Assembly: GCA_947628345.1 (NCBI GenBank)
Contig: CANQZM010000006.1
Location: 1 to 32,000, forward strand
DNA length: 32,000 nucleotides
Reading direction: 5' to 3'
Origin: an uncultured Bacilli bacterium
GTDB lineage: Bacteria > Bacillota_I > Bacilli_A > RF39 > UBA660
Positions within the stretch are counted from its first letter, which is position 1; each line of letters opens with the position of its first letter. The notes under the pieces are model-generated. The model worked only from the letters and a program-made list of their open reading frames with translations. It did no database searches and was not told the origin of the DNA. The position numbers and the translations under genes were made by a program. Shown in pieces: positions 25,801 to 32,000 of the stretch.

Positions 25801-26122
25801 AATTTTTAATTTCCTCTTTAGTCAAATCATCAGCATTTTCCAAAGAACCGTATGGACCTTCAAATATAATTAATCTATATTTATAGGTATCCGAGTTTTT
25901 AACGGTAATTTTAACTTCTCTTTTTTCAACGCTATTCCAATACTTTCCACTTCTATATCCAGCAGAACGCTGATATGTTCCTGGATCAATTGTTATACCT
26001 ATTTTATCTCGACATGTTTTTCTTGCAGATGCTTTGGTTACTACAGCATATGCACTTTTAGGCAGAAACACAATAGTACAAATAATTATAATTAATAAAA
26101 TTTTACCCCTCAATTTATTCAT
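22865..26122 (-). CDS. giant secreted Cys-rich protein (~1085 aa), function unknown, candidate adhesin or tip component
   Basis: Signal peptide ...FLPKSAYA-VV. I counted about 33 Cys in the mature part, often in close pairs (CDSTC, CSAMPAC, CVNSC, CINKC, CTEDGEC, CTMSCSFYGC, CPDC). I place the start at the ATG at 26122, 9 nt after AAGGAG, rather than at 26131. Confidence 0.75.
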   Translation of the reverse strand: MNKLRGKILLIIIICTIVFLPKSAYAVVTKASARKTCRDKIGITIDPGTYQRSAGYRSGKYWNSVEKREVKITVKNSDTYKYRLIIFEGPYGSLENADDLTKEEIKNSGARVKNEILKDDDYFYELDPGKEIIVIVLQDQNYELINKNNKKVKCEAGDIVRVNSTAYDIELTGTAASAFIQNPGAESGTILTNYKNREHKGEKCSNAYEGIHSSNPQFSVKNESQAVKDTWISDYYSRILHYCEDKEVPFNLDDDEIEKVSDALLEMYYRIRNGSTGTSVAAVTASMNALKNQVDDYYIYNSTDSSKTEGKTANSVNVRDQKLYCEYDSANMEYDTVNHTGKYKAGSGQKSYLYAETSSQSAKLVGWNEDTDQVEKLDTVKVCDSTCYEHLTVVYSPPQTVKAGLCFQYRVTVKSKVECGVDYNTEQILNKLNDVLNKRDMCSAMPACEDNKQKTQAGPSQDFDNCVNSCDNGQYSQKCINKCYDKVYKDKYDTSKTASTKKTQNTITTPVIYDNSNSSIVKLTVKAKKDLVEKNYENYYKNNICENSDIYRNGGFVEDADIEKCAEFYYKAKTLYPMGHFNCTEDGECTWKMDDGVTKAKDKANEVEDIGMQIARAAPFYVRDVETTKDLIKGFFVANGRENRKYYISDNGIKTQRSKINSWQCTMSCSFYGCDKDDALTSKQYTKGVKASLKNINDALQKCKTSSACDTTETTTNFDIKINSQNGNSQSSTGHTDLHKNTGSDDSNMCDITNQDGPKPSMFIPAFENDPSEEGIFGQCYDDNNIKDLGGNPIDYQTTITFPGTLINLKTGELSYECKKDGYRNKSQFVCTTYDAAEVNKKWWDWAVVDKYAADKYPTDFTPSSTGATIDANLGTNTKGFGKYNWHINLSCFYSVYNKTTDGPNCYRGDEGNREDCPSDTDKQDGNDISTVLNYDIRVVSLDNMFPNNRLRGYNWGSSAKLSAPNDEVVATKLKASGYDVDPVDYSRSIIPNSADCPDCYGKGESGTYTDENLDFRIILDTDDINDLKALSLEFGGKFEVDKEIIPGLYAYNMYDRSMSQDNFASIGTITTDKFRNNRGKNNIK

Positions 26123-26876
26123 CTTTATCATCTCCTTCCAATATTTTCTTTATTTCTTTATAATTACTTTTTTCTATTACTTTATAATTTTTAACTAATT
26201 CGTTTTTTCTAACTAATCTTGCATCTACTACAAAGGAATAGTCAGCATTACCAAAGAATCTTGTACAAGTAACTAAAGTAATCAATTTATCACTATCATT
26301 AACATCTACTTTAAAATCAAAGTAACTTTTTTCTTTAGTATATTCAATATAATCTTCTACATCATTTTGATCAATATCTTCTAATTCTAGATCTTCTTCT
26401 TCCTGAAGAGAAACACCATATATTTTAAATAAATAGTTTTTATTATTTATTGTATACTGAATATATTTATTTTCTTTTACAAAATCATAATATATATATC
26501 CCATTAATTGTTCAAATCTAGCATGTTCTTTATTTCCAATTAGTGGTTTACTAGAAACATTTCTCATATTATGAGATAAAATAACTACTCTATTAACAAG
26601 TTTTTTATGATTAGTAAATGTCCATCCTAAATCATAACTAGGATCACTAATATCATCAACATCATAGTAATACATAATTGGAATATCAATATTAGTTCCT
26701 TGAACTCTTAGCCATCCTAAGGGATCTGCATCATTTTTATTAGAGGTAAAGGTTTTTATATTATTTAGTCGATTTTGAACTTTATAATATGGCTTTAACA
26801 TAATAACCGAAGTTATACATAGTATTACTACCAAGAGTAATATTATTTTTTGTTTTTTATTTTTTTTTCCCTTCAT
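26115..26876 (-). CDS. class B-like sortase (N-terminal TM anchor)
   Basis: 253 aa. GWLRVQGTNIDIPIMY, His motif LSHNM, Cys motif LITLVTCT and Arg in VVDARLV. Its stop overlaps the start of the giant protein gene by 8 nt. Confidence 0.8.
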   Translation of the reverse strand: MKGKKNKKQKIILLLVVILCITSVIMLKPYYKVQNRLNNIKTFTSNKNDADPLGWLRVQGTNIDIPIMYYYDVDDISDPSYDLGWTFTNHKKLVNRVVILSHNMRNVSSKPLIGNKEHARFEQLMGYIYYDFVKENKYIQYTINNKNYLFKIYGVSLQEEEDLELEDIDQNDVEDYIEYTKEKSYFDFKVDVNDSDKLITLVTCTRFFGNADYSFVVDARLVRKNELVKNYKVIEKSNYKEIKKILEGDDKDE

Positions 26877-26893
26877 ATTGCTTACATCCTTTA

Positions 26894-28678
26894 TTAGCTA
26901 GATATTATATATGGTGATATTTCAAGACCAGAACCACTTTTTACTTCAACAGAGGATTTTAGATAGCCAACTATTCTAAGCCCATTAATTTCGTTATAAT
27001 CATAATCTTCACAAACTACTTGTCCACTACTATTATAACAATACTTTTTAGCTTTGCTGGAATAGTCTTTATACCAGTAATCATTAGAACTTATTGAAGA
27101 ACTAAATAAATCATACATACTTGGAATAGTAACTTTAACATTATAGCTATTTTTCTTACTATCAGCATTATAATTAATATTATTAGTATAATCTAAAACT
27201 TCTAATTTCTTTTTTTCAAAGATTTCTGTTTTTACATATGAGGTAGCGTTATTGGCAATATAATAACCAATATTATTTTTCTTATTTGGATTATATTCCA
27301 AATTACTATCTTCACCAAATTTAACATAATAATTAGTTCCTGAATTTTCTATAATATCATCCATAATAATTTGAGTAGTACCGTCATCTTCTTTTCCAAT
27401 TACTCGCCATCTATATCCTGAATAACTAATATAGTCTCCCACTCTAGTTTCAGAAACCTTAGTACCTGCCTTTGCTGAATATTTGTTACCTTGTAAAATA
27501 TAAGGATTATAAGCAGAACCATTTCCTTTAATAACTTTAGTATATTTTTTGATATTTACAGCTGGACTTATTACTACATTTTCATTAGTTTTGTTTGTCA
27601 TATATTGTTGATATAAATTTGTCCAAACTGTTTTTGAATCTTTTTTATTAGCCAATAATGAATTATTGTTAATATTATAAGAATTATCTTCTCCTTTAGA
27701 GTTATTAATATCAGCGATAGATAAAATTCCTACGTTAGCTTTTTTACCATAGTGATTACATTTTGTATAATTAGTACCATCACTAACTTCTTCATCACAC
27801 CATTTACTCTTAACTATCAAATTTTTAGCACTATCACTAAATTTATTATAGAAATAATCATTAAGCCATTCTTCTGCATGACTATAATCAATTGCTGAAA
27901 TATTAGAATCAGTAACTAATTTAACAGTATCATCATCATTAATTCCTACAATTTTAAATGTTATTCCATCTAACTGAACATAATTATTATCTTGATAGCC
28001 TTTATAAACTTTAGTACCATTAGTATCTTTTTCTACAATATGATTTAAGGTTTCTATTACTTTAACAGTTCTAACTTTTTCTGTTTTATTATTAAAACTG
28101 TCTTTTATTGTATAAGTAATTTGATATGTGCCTATTTTATTATTATTAACATTATTAACAACTTCTACTTTACTCACATCCATAGAGCCATCAGTATTGT
28201 CTTTAACACTAGCAATTCCAGGATCATCAAACTTATCACCTTTATTAATAGTTATAGTTTCTTCTCCTTTTAATTTTATAACTGGACCTTGATGATCAAC
28301 TTTTGATTTTAAAATTCCACAATCTAAATATACATAATATTTACACTCGCCATTTTCTTGTCTTACTTTAACCCAAGAAGATTTAGTATCACAGACTTTA
28401 CCAGTATAAGGACTTCTGATATCATTTTCAATAAATTTTTTCTGATATAAAGTTGTCAAAGTTACTTCTTTAATTCTATTACCTGTAGGTAATTGTCCAC
28501 TATTAATTTCATAATATCTTTTGGTTGCATCTAAAACTACTTTCTCGTTTCTTTTAAAAGTTAATATTGGGCTTAATACTACAAACCATAGTATTAACAA
28601 AATAATAATGATAATAACTACAAGTTTAACTTTTGTTGCTTTATCCATTTTATCTTTTTTACTTTTCTTTTTTTCCAT
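26894..28678 (-). CDS. N-anchored surface protein with a bacterial Ig-like (DUF5011-like) domain and two repeat modules ending in G-x-G-x-x-x-x-P-Y-I
   Basis: 594 aa, RBS AAGGAG. The post-TM module ends YLDCGILKSK. The Ig-like block is GPVIKLKGEETITINKGDKFDDPGIASVKDNTDGS...GTYQITYTIKDSFNNKTEKVRTVKV. Two motifs are GNGSAYNPYILQG (internal) and GSGLEISPYIISS (C-terminus). Confidence 0.7.
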   Translation of the reverse strand: MEKKKSKKDKMDKATKVKLVVIIIIILLILWFVVLSPILTFKRNEKVVLDATKRYYEINSGQLPTGNRIKEVTLTTLYQKKFIENDIRSPYTGKVCDTKSSWVKVRQENGECKYYVYLDCGILKSKVDHQGPVIKLKGEETITINKGDKFDDPGIASVKDNTDGSMDVSKVEVVNNVNNNKIGTYQITYTIKDSFNNKTEKVRTVKVIETLNHIVEKDTNGTKVYKGYQDNNYVQLDGITFKIVGINDDDTVKLVTDSNISAIDYSHAEEWLNDYFYNKFSDSAKNLIVKSKWCDEEVSDGTNYTKCNHYGKKANVGILSIADINNSKGEDNSYNINNNSLLANKKDSKTVWTNLYQQYMTNKTNENVVISPAVNIKKYTKVIKGNGSAYNPYILQGNKYSAKAGTKVSETRVGDYISYSGYRWRVIGKEDDGTTQIIMDDIIENSGTNYYVKFGEDSNLEYNPNKKNNIGYYIANNATSYVKTEIFEKKKLEVLDYTNNINYNADSKKNSYNVKVTIPSMYDLFSSSISSNDYWYKDYSSKAKKYCYNSSGQVVCEDYDYNEINGLRIVGYLKSSVEVKSGSGLEISPYIISS

Positions 28679-28689
28679 ATTAAATCTCC

Positions 28690-30252
28690 TTATTTTATTT
28701 TATAACTATATTGTTGATTTCTAATAGTGTAAACTAATTCAATGCTTTTAGCATTCTCTAAACCTGAAGGTATTTTAAGATAAATGTAATTACCTAGATA
28801 ATCTATGTTACTAGCTGCATTTTCTACTGTTAACTCCCGTACTATGTTATCATTATCTATATATTTAATTTTACCATAATTAATTGAAAAGTCAATCAAT
28901 TCTTGCCCATCATAACTACCTGATGAAAAAGTAATAGCTAAAATCTTGTTATTGCCCGTTACTGCTAAAGATGAAGAAGAAATACTACAGTTATAATTAT
29001 TATTACAAATTTCAACATTATAAGAAACTTTATCAGTTATAGCAACAGATTCAAAAGTCATCTGTTCTTTAGTTCCATTTGGATAAGTAACTTCTAATTC
29101 TTCACCTATATTCTTAGCTTTATGTTTAACAATATCTGACATGTCTTTTAAATTCAATTTAATTTTGCGTAAATAAACTTTAGTAGCTGATTTATATTGT
29201 TGATAATATAAAACAAAATTATCCTTTTCCAAATTTTTATCGACTTTAAAAATCAATGCAAAGGTTCTCTCTTCTGAAGAATTAAAATCCCTATTTTTAT
29301 ATTCTTTTCCTATATCTGTAAAATATTTTGTATAAGTACTTCCTGAATAAGTTATATCATTTTTACCATTTACTAAATGAAAATTACTCATATCCATAGC
29401 TCGTTGGCTACTATTATTTTTTACTGTTAAATTTAAAACTACAAAACTACTATTTTCCTCTAAAACATTACCAGCTTTATCTAAATTAGTATAATAACTT
29501 TCATTTACAACTATCGAGTAACCATTAGCATTCAATACTTTGGTTTCTGAAATAGATTTATGATTTAATAAGTAATTAACTGATATTAAAACTATAACAA
29601 CAAATGAACCAACCAAAATGATATTTACAGTTTTTTTATGTTCTTCATAAAAATATCCTAACAGTCGTTTTATTTTTTTATATTGTCTTTTAAAAATATG
29701 TTTATCAAAATCAACATTAATTTCTACTTCTTCTCTATCAGCTTGATCTAATTCTAAAAATTCTTCATCATTACCGAAACTAAATCTATTTAAATCTAGT
29801 CCAATAATTCTAATTAAGAATATTAATAAACTTCCATACTGAGGTATTGTAATCATATTTAAAAAATCCCTAAAAGCTCTAGCTGTTGCAGTAGCACTTC
29901 CTCCCTCATATGAGGCAAAGTATTTTTGAACTGATACAAAAATCACAATTAAAACTATATATGTAATAACTGGAAAAACATATAAAACCCATGGTTTCTT
30001 TTTTCTTCTTAAAAGTAACAATAAAATTGCTGACAAAACTATTACTATAAGTGATGTTAAATAAAACAAAAAACTAGTATATTTAGTAATAGGTTCTAAA
30101 TAGGCATCATAACTAACATAAGTTATAAAATCTTTAACAAAACCTGTTAATTGTACAGTTTTATATAAAAGGAATATTCCTAATGCAAATAGGACAATAT
30201 GAATTTTGCGAAAGTTCTTTATTAAAAATGCATATGGTTTTCTAAAAATCAT
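28690..30252 (-). CDS. polytopic membrane protein with a C-terminal extracytoplasmic DUF4352-like beta domain; first gene of the block
   Basis: 520 aa, strong RBS GGAGGGG. There are about 5 TM helices in the first 230 aa. The following block SSFVVLNLTVKNNSSQRAMDMSNFHLVNG...ERTFALIFKVDK fits the DUF4352 pattern. Confidence 0.55.
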   Translation of the reverse strand: MIFRKPYAFLIKNFRKIHIVLFALGIFLLYKTVQLTGFVKDFITYVSYDAYLEPITKYTSFLFYLTSLIVIVLSAILLLLLRRKKKPWVLYVFPVITYIVLIVIFVSVQKYFASYEGGSATATARAFRDFLNMITIPQYGSLLIFLIRIIGLDLNRFSFGNDEEFLELDQADREEVEINVDFDKHIFKRQYKKIKRLLGYFYEEHKKTVNIILVGSFVVIVLISVNYLLNHKSISETKVLNANGYSIVVNESYYTNLDKAGNVLEENSSFVVLNLTVKNNSSQRAMDMSNFHLVNGKNDITYSGSTYTKYFTDIGKEYKNRDFNSSEERTFALIFKVDKNLEKDNFVLYYQQYKSATKVYLRKIKLNLKDMSDIVKHKAKNIGEELEVTYPNGTKEQMTFESVAITDKVSYNVEICNNNYNCSISSSSLAVTGNNKILAITFSSGSYDGQELIDFSINYGKIKYIDNDNIVRELTVENAASNIDYLGNYIYLKIPSGLENAKSIELVYTIRNQQYSYKIK

Positions 30253-30296
30253 ATTACCCCTCCTCTATTATCTATTACTTATTATAAAAGATTTTT

Positions 30297-30325
30297 ACAA
30301 AAAATAAAAGAGATTTTCCTCTTTT
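30297..30325 (-). terminator. intrinsic terminator after the M23 peptidase gene, immediately upstream of the block
   Basis: Minus strand reads AAAAGAG, GAAAAT, CTCTTTT, then ATTTTTTG. Confidence 0.45.
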
Positions 30326-30373
30326 TTCTTAAATTTTATTATTGTTAATATTTTCTTTGCTTATATAATCAAT

Positions 30374-30970
30374 TTAACTATTTTGTACATAACTATTTTG
30401 AGTTAAATACTTAGTTTTTTTAAATTTATTTTTTTTATTAACTAAAACATTTTTAAAAGTTATAATAATGCCTGTTTCATTATTAATATTATAATTATTT
30501 TGTAGTTGATAATGAATGTGTGGTCCTTGGGTGTTACCACTATTTCCAACAGAAGCTAAAACTTGCCCTGTTTTTACAATTTCTCCTATTTTTACTTTAA
30601 AACTATCTTTTTTTAGATGAGCAATAAGACTATATTCATTATTTTTATGTTTTATAACAATATAATTTCCTCTAGGATCATCAACATCACAAATTATAGG
30701 TCTACCAGGTAAAATTCTTGTATCATCATATTCGTTTTTTAAATCAATAACCCACCCATCTAAAGGGGCAATTACATTTTGTAAGTAACTATAATAGTTT
30801 TTACACTTAGTATAGTCTCCACAATAAGGTAAATTATCATGTCTAATTTCAAAGTCATATGCATATCTTTGAGAAGGTATATCCCAGGAATGAGAAGTTT
30901 TTTTCGTAAGACCACCATATTCTACATACCATAATCCTTCCATAGGTAAAATATATTTATTCTTACTCAT
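30374..30970 (-). CDS. M23 family metallopeptidase (LytM-like), cytoplasmic or leaderless form
   Basis: 198 aa. GNSGNTQGPHIHYQL (HxH motif) and the upstream YAYDFEI (HxxxD-like position). TAATG overlap with the aminopeptidase gene. Confidence 0.75.
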   Translation of the reverse strand: MSKNKYILPMEGLWYVEYGGLTKKTSHSWDIPSQRYAYDFEIRHDNLPYCGDYTKCKNYYSYLQNVIAPLDGWVIDLKNEYDDTRILPGRPIICDVDDPRGNYIVIKHKNNEYSLIAHLKKDSFKVKIGEIVKTGQVLASVGNSGNTQGPHIHYQLQNNYNINNETGIIITFKNVLVNKKNKFKKTKYLTQNSYVQNS

Positions 30971-32000
30971 TATATATTAAAATTCCCATCTTTAAAAATT
31001 ACTACCTTTCCATTATCAGTTTCAGCTTCAATTTTCAAATCAGAAGTTCCAATCATAAAATCAACATGTTGAGATGACTGATTAATACCTAACTGTAGCA
31101 ATGCTTCTTTAGACAAATTCATTCCATCTTCAATAGCATCCTTAAATCCTTCACCTAAAGCTAAATGACAAGATGCGTTTTCATCAATTAAAGTAGTACC
31201 AAAAACTAATCCTGTATTAGAAATTGGTGAGTCATAATTAACTAAAGCAACTTCCCCTAAATAACAAGAATTAGAATCACTTTCAATAATTTCTTTTAAG
31301 ACTTCTTTACCAATTTTAGCATCATAATCAATTACTTTTCCTTTTTTAAATTTTAAATAAAATTGATCAATTAAAGCCCCAGCATAAACTAGAGGTCTTG
31401 ATGCATATACAATTCCTTCTGTTTTGATATAATTTGGTGTTGAGAACACTTCATAACTTGGCATATTAACAAACATTTTTAATTTAGTATCATCAGACGC
31501 ACTTAAGAAACGATAATTATTAGGCATTTCAATAGTCAAATCAGTTCCTAAACTATTAGTATAATGTAACTTCTTAATTTGTAAGGAATTTAATTTTTCT
31601 GAATTAACTGCCATTTGTTTTATATAATCATCCCAACTTTTAATAGGATCTTCCTTATCTACCATACATATTTCCATAATTTTATCAAATAATTTTTGAT
31701 AGGCATTACTATCATCTTTAAATATATATTTGGCCCAATATATATTAGGAAAGGCTGCGATACACCATGGTATTTTGTAAGTCAATTGTAATTTGCGATA
31801 TAAGGGACAACTAGTTCTTTTAACATAGGCTGCTTTAGCAACTAAATCAGTTGGAATATCATCTAAAAATTTAGGAAATTCAGTTACTATCATTAAAAAA
31901 CTAGCATTCTTTTTAGCATAAACATCCCAGATACTTTTACTAAAATAAGGATCATTTTCAATACTATTAATAGTTCCATTTTTTAATTTTTCATAAGTTA
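30970..32000 (-). CDS. M29 family aminopeptidase (AmpS/PepS-like), 5' end beyond the window
   Basis: The C-terminal block QSSQHVDFMIGTSDLKIEAETDNGKVVIFKDGNF is typical of M29. I checked by hand that the frame stays open upstream of the track ATG (31893) to position 32000 (...TYEKLKNGTINSIENDPYFSKSIWDVYAKKNASFLMIV...). Confidence 0.8.
   Translation of the reverse strand, partial: TYEKLKNGTINSIENDPYFSKSIWDVYAKKNASFLMIVTEFPKFLDDIPTDLVAKAAYVKRTSCPLYRKLQLTYKIPWCIAAFPNIYWAKYIFKDDSNAYQKLFDKIMEICMVDKEDPIKSWDDYIKQMAVNSEKLNSLQIKKLHYTNSLGTDLTIEMPNNYRFLSASDDTKLKMFVNMPSYEVFSTPNYIKTEGIVYASRPLVYAGALIDQFYLKFKKGKVIDYDAKIGKEVLKEIIESDSNSCYLGEVALVNYDSPISNTGLVFGTTLIDENASCHLALGEGFKDAIEDGMNLSKEALLQLGINQSSQHVDFMIGTSDLKIEAETDNGKVVIFKDGNFNI

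Noticed and set aside
28480-28500. LPTGN in the 594-aa protein (GQLPTGNRIK) as a sortase LPxTG signal.
   Set aside because: It is L-P-T-G-N, not L-P-x-T-G. It lies about 60 aa from the N-terminus right after the membrane anchor, with no downstream hydrophobic/basic tail. The paralog has LPSQV at the same position, so it is a structural landmark of the shared module.
4767-30252. Prophage or phage-like element.
   Set aside because: There is no terminase, portal, capsid, tail tape-measure or holin-endolysin cassette pattern. The ATPases are VirD4, VirB4 and CpaF types, and the hydrolase is membrane-anchored like T4SS hydrolases.
30253-30296. A defined promoter for the whole block just upstream of 30252 (TATAAT on the minus strand at 30286-30281).
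   Set aside because: Only a -10 hexamer is convincing. Candidate -35 positions read TTTTAT or similar, and TTGTAA lies only 8 nt away. I cannot distinguish a weak promoter from read-through or chance, so it is not listed as a feature.
1-32000. UGA-as-Trp (Mollicutes code 4) recoding, suggested by the extreme AT-richness.
   Set aside because: ORFs of up to 1088 codons are intact under the standard code. Trp is encoded by TGG in conserved positions, and TGA functions as the stop of the VirB4 N-terminal ORF in an ATGA coupling junction.

Overview
The window is visibly very AT-rich. TGA is used as a stop (e.g. at 12850-12852) and long ORFs are intact under the standard code, so it looks like a low-GC monoderm (Firmicutes, Erysipelotrichia or Acholeplasma-like) chromosome. 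The left flank (1-4709) is housekeeping: trpS, a conserved hypothetical pair, rmuC, a DedA/TVP38 membrane protein and a rhodanese. The right flank (30374-32000) holds an M23 peptidase and an M29 aminopeptidase. Between them lies a ~25.5 kb block (4767-30252), entirely on the minus strand and tightly packed, with ATGA/TAATG overlaps. An intrinsic terminator closes it at the distal end, and the terminator of the upstream M23 gene precedes it at the proximal end. This block interleaves three modules. (i) A Gram-positive-type T4SS core: VirD4 coupling protein, VirB4 split into two ORFs, VirB3-like, VirB6-like, two VirB2/TrbC-like small proteins and a bifunctional cell-wall hydrolase. (ii) A Tad/Flp (type IVc pilus) motor set: CpaB-like, TadA/CpaF ATPase, TadB, TadC, an unannotated 50-codon Flp-like ORF, a pilin-like 158-aa protein and a TadZ-like degenerate ParA. 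(iii) A surface module: class B sortase, a ~1085-aa Cys-rich secreted protein, two paralogous N-anchored surface proteins that bookend the block, and a polytopic DUF4352-like protein. I could recognise no relaxase, integrase, replication gene or prepilin peptidase anywhere in the window. The candidate novel system is therefore a chromosomal, relaxase-less T4SS/Tad hybrid. All family calls come from motif recognition by eye. No searches were run.
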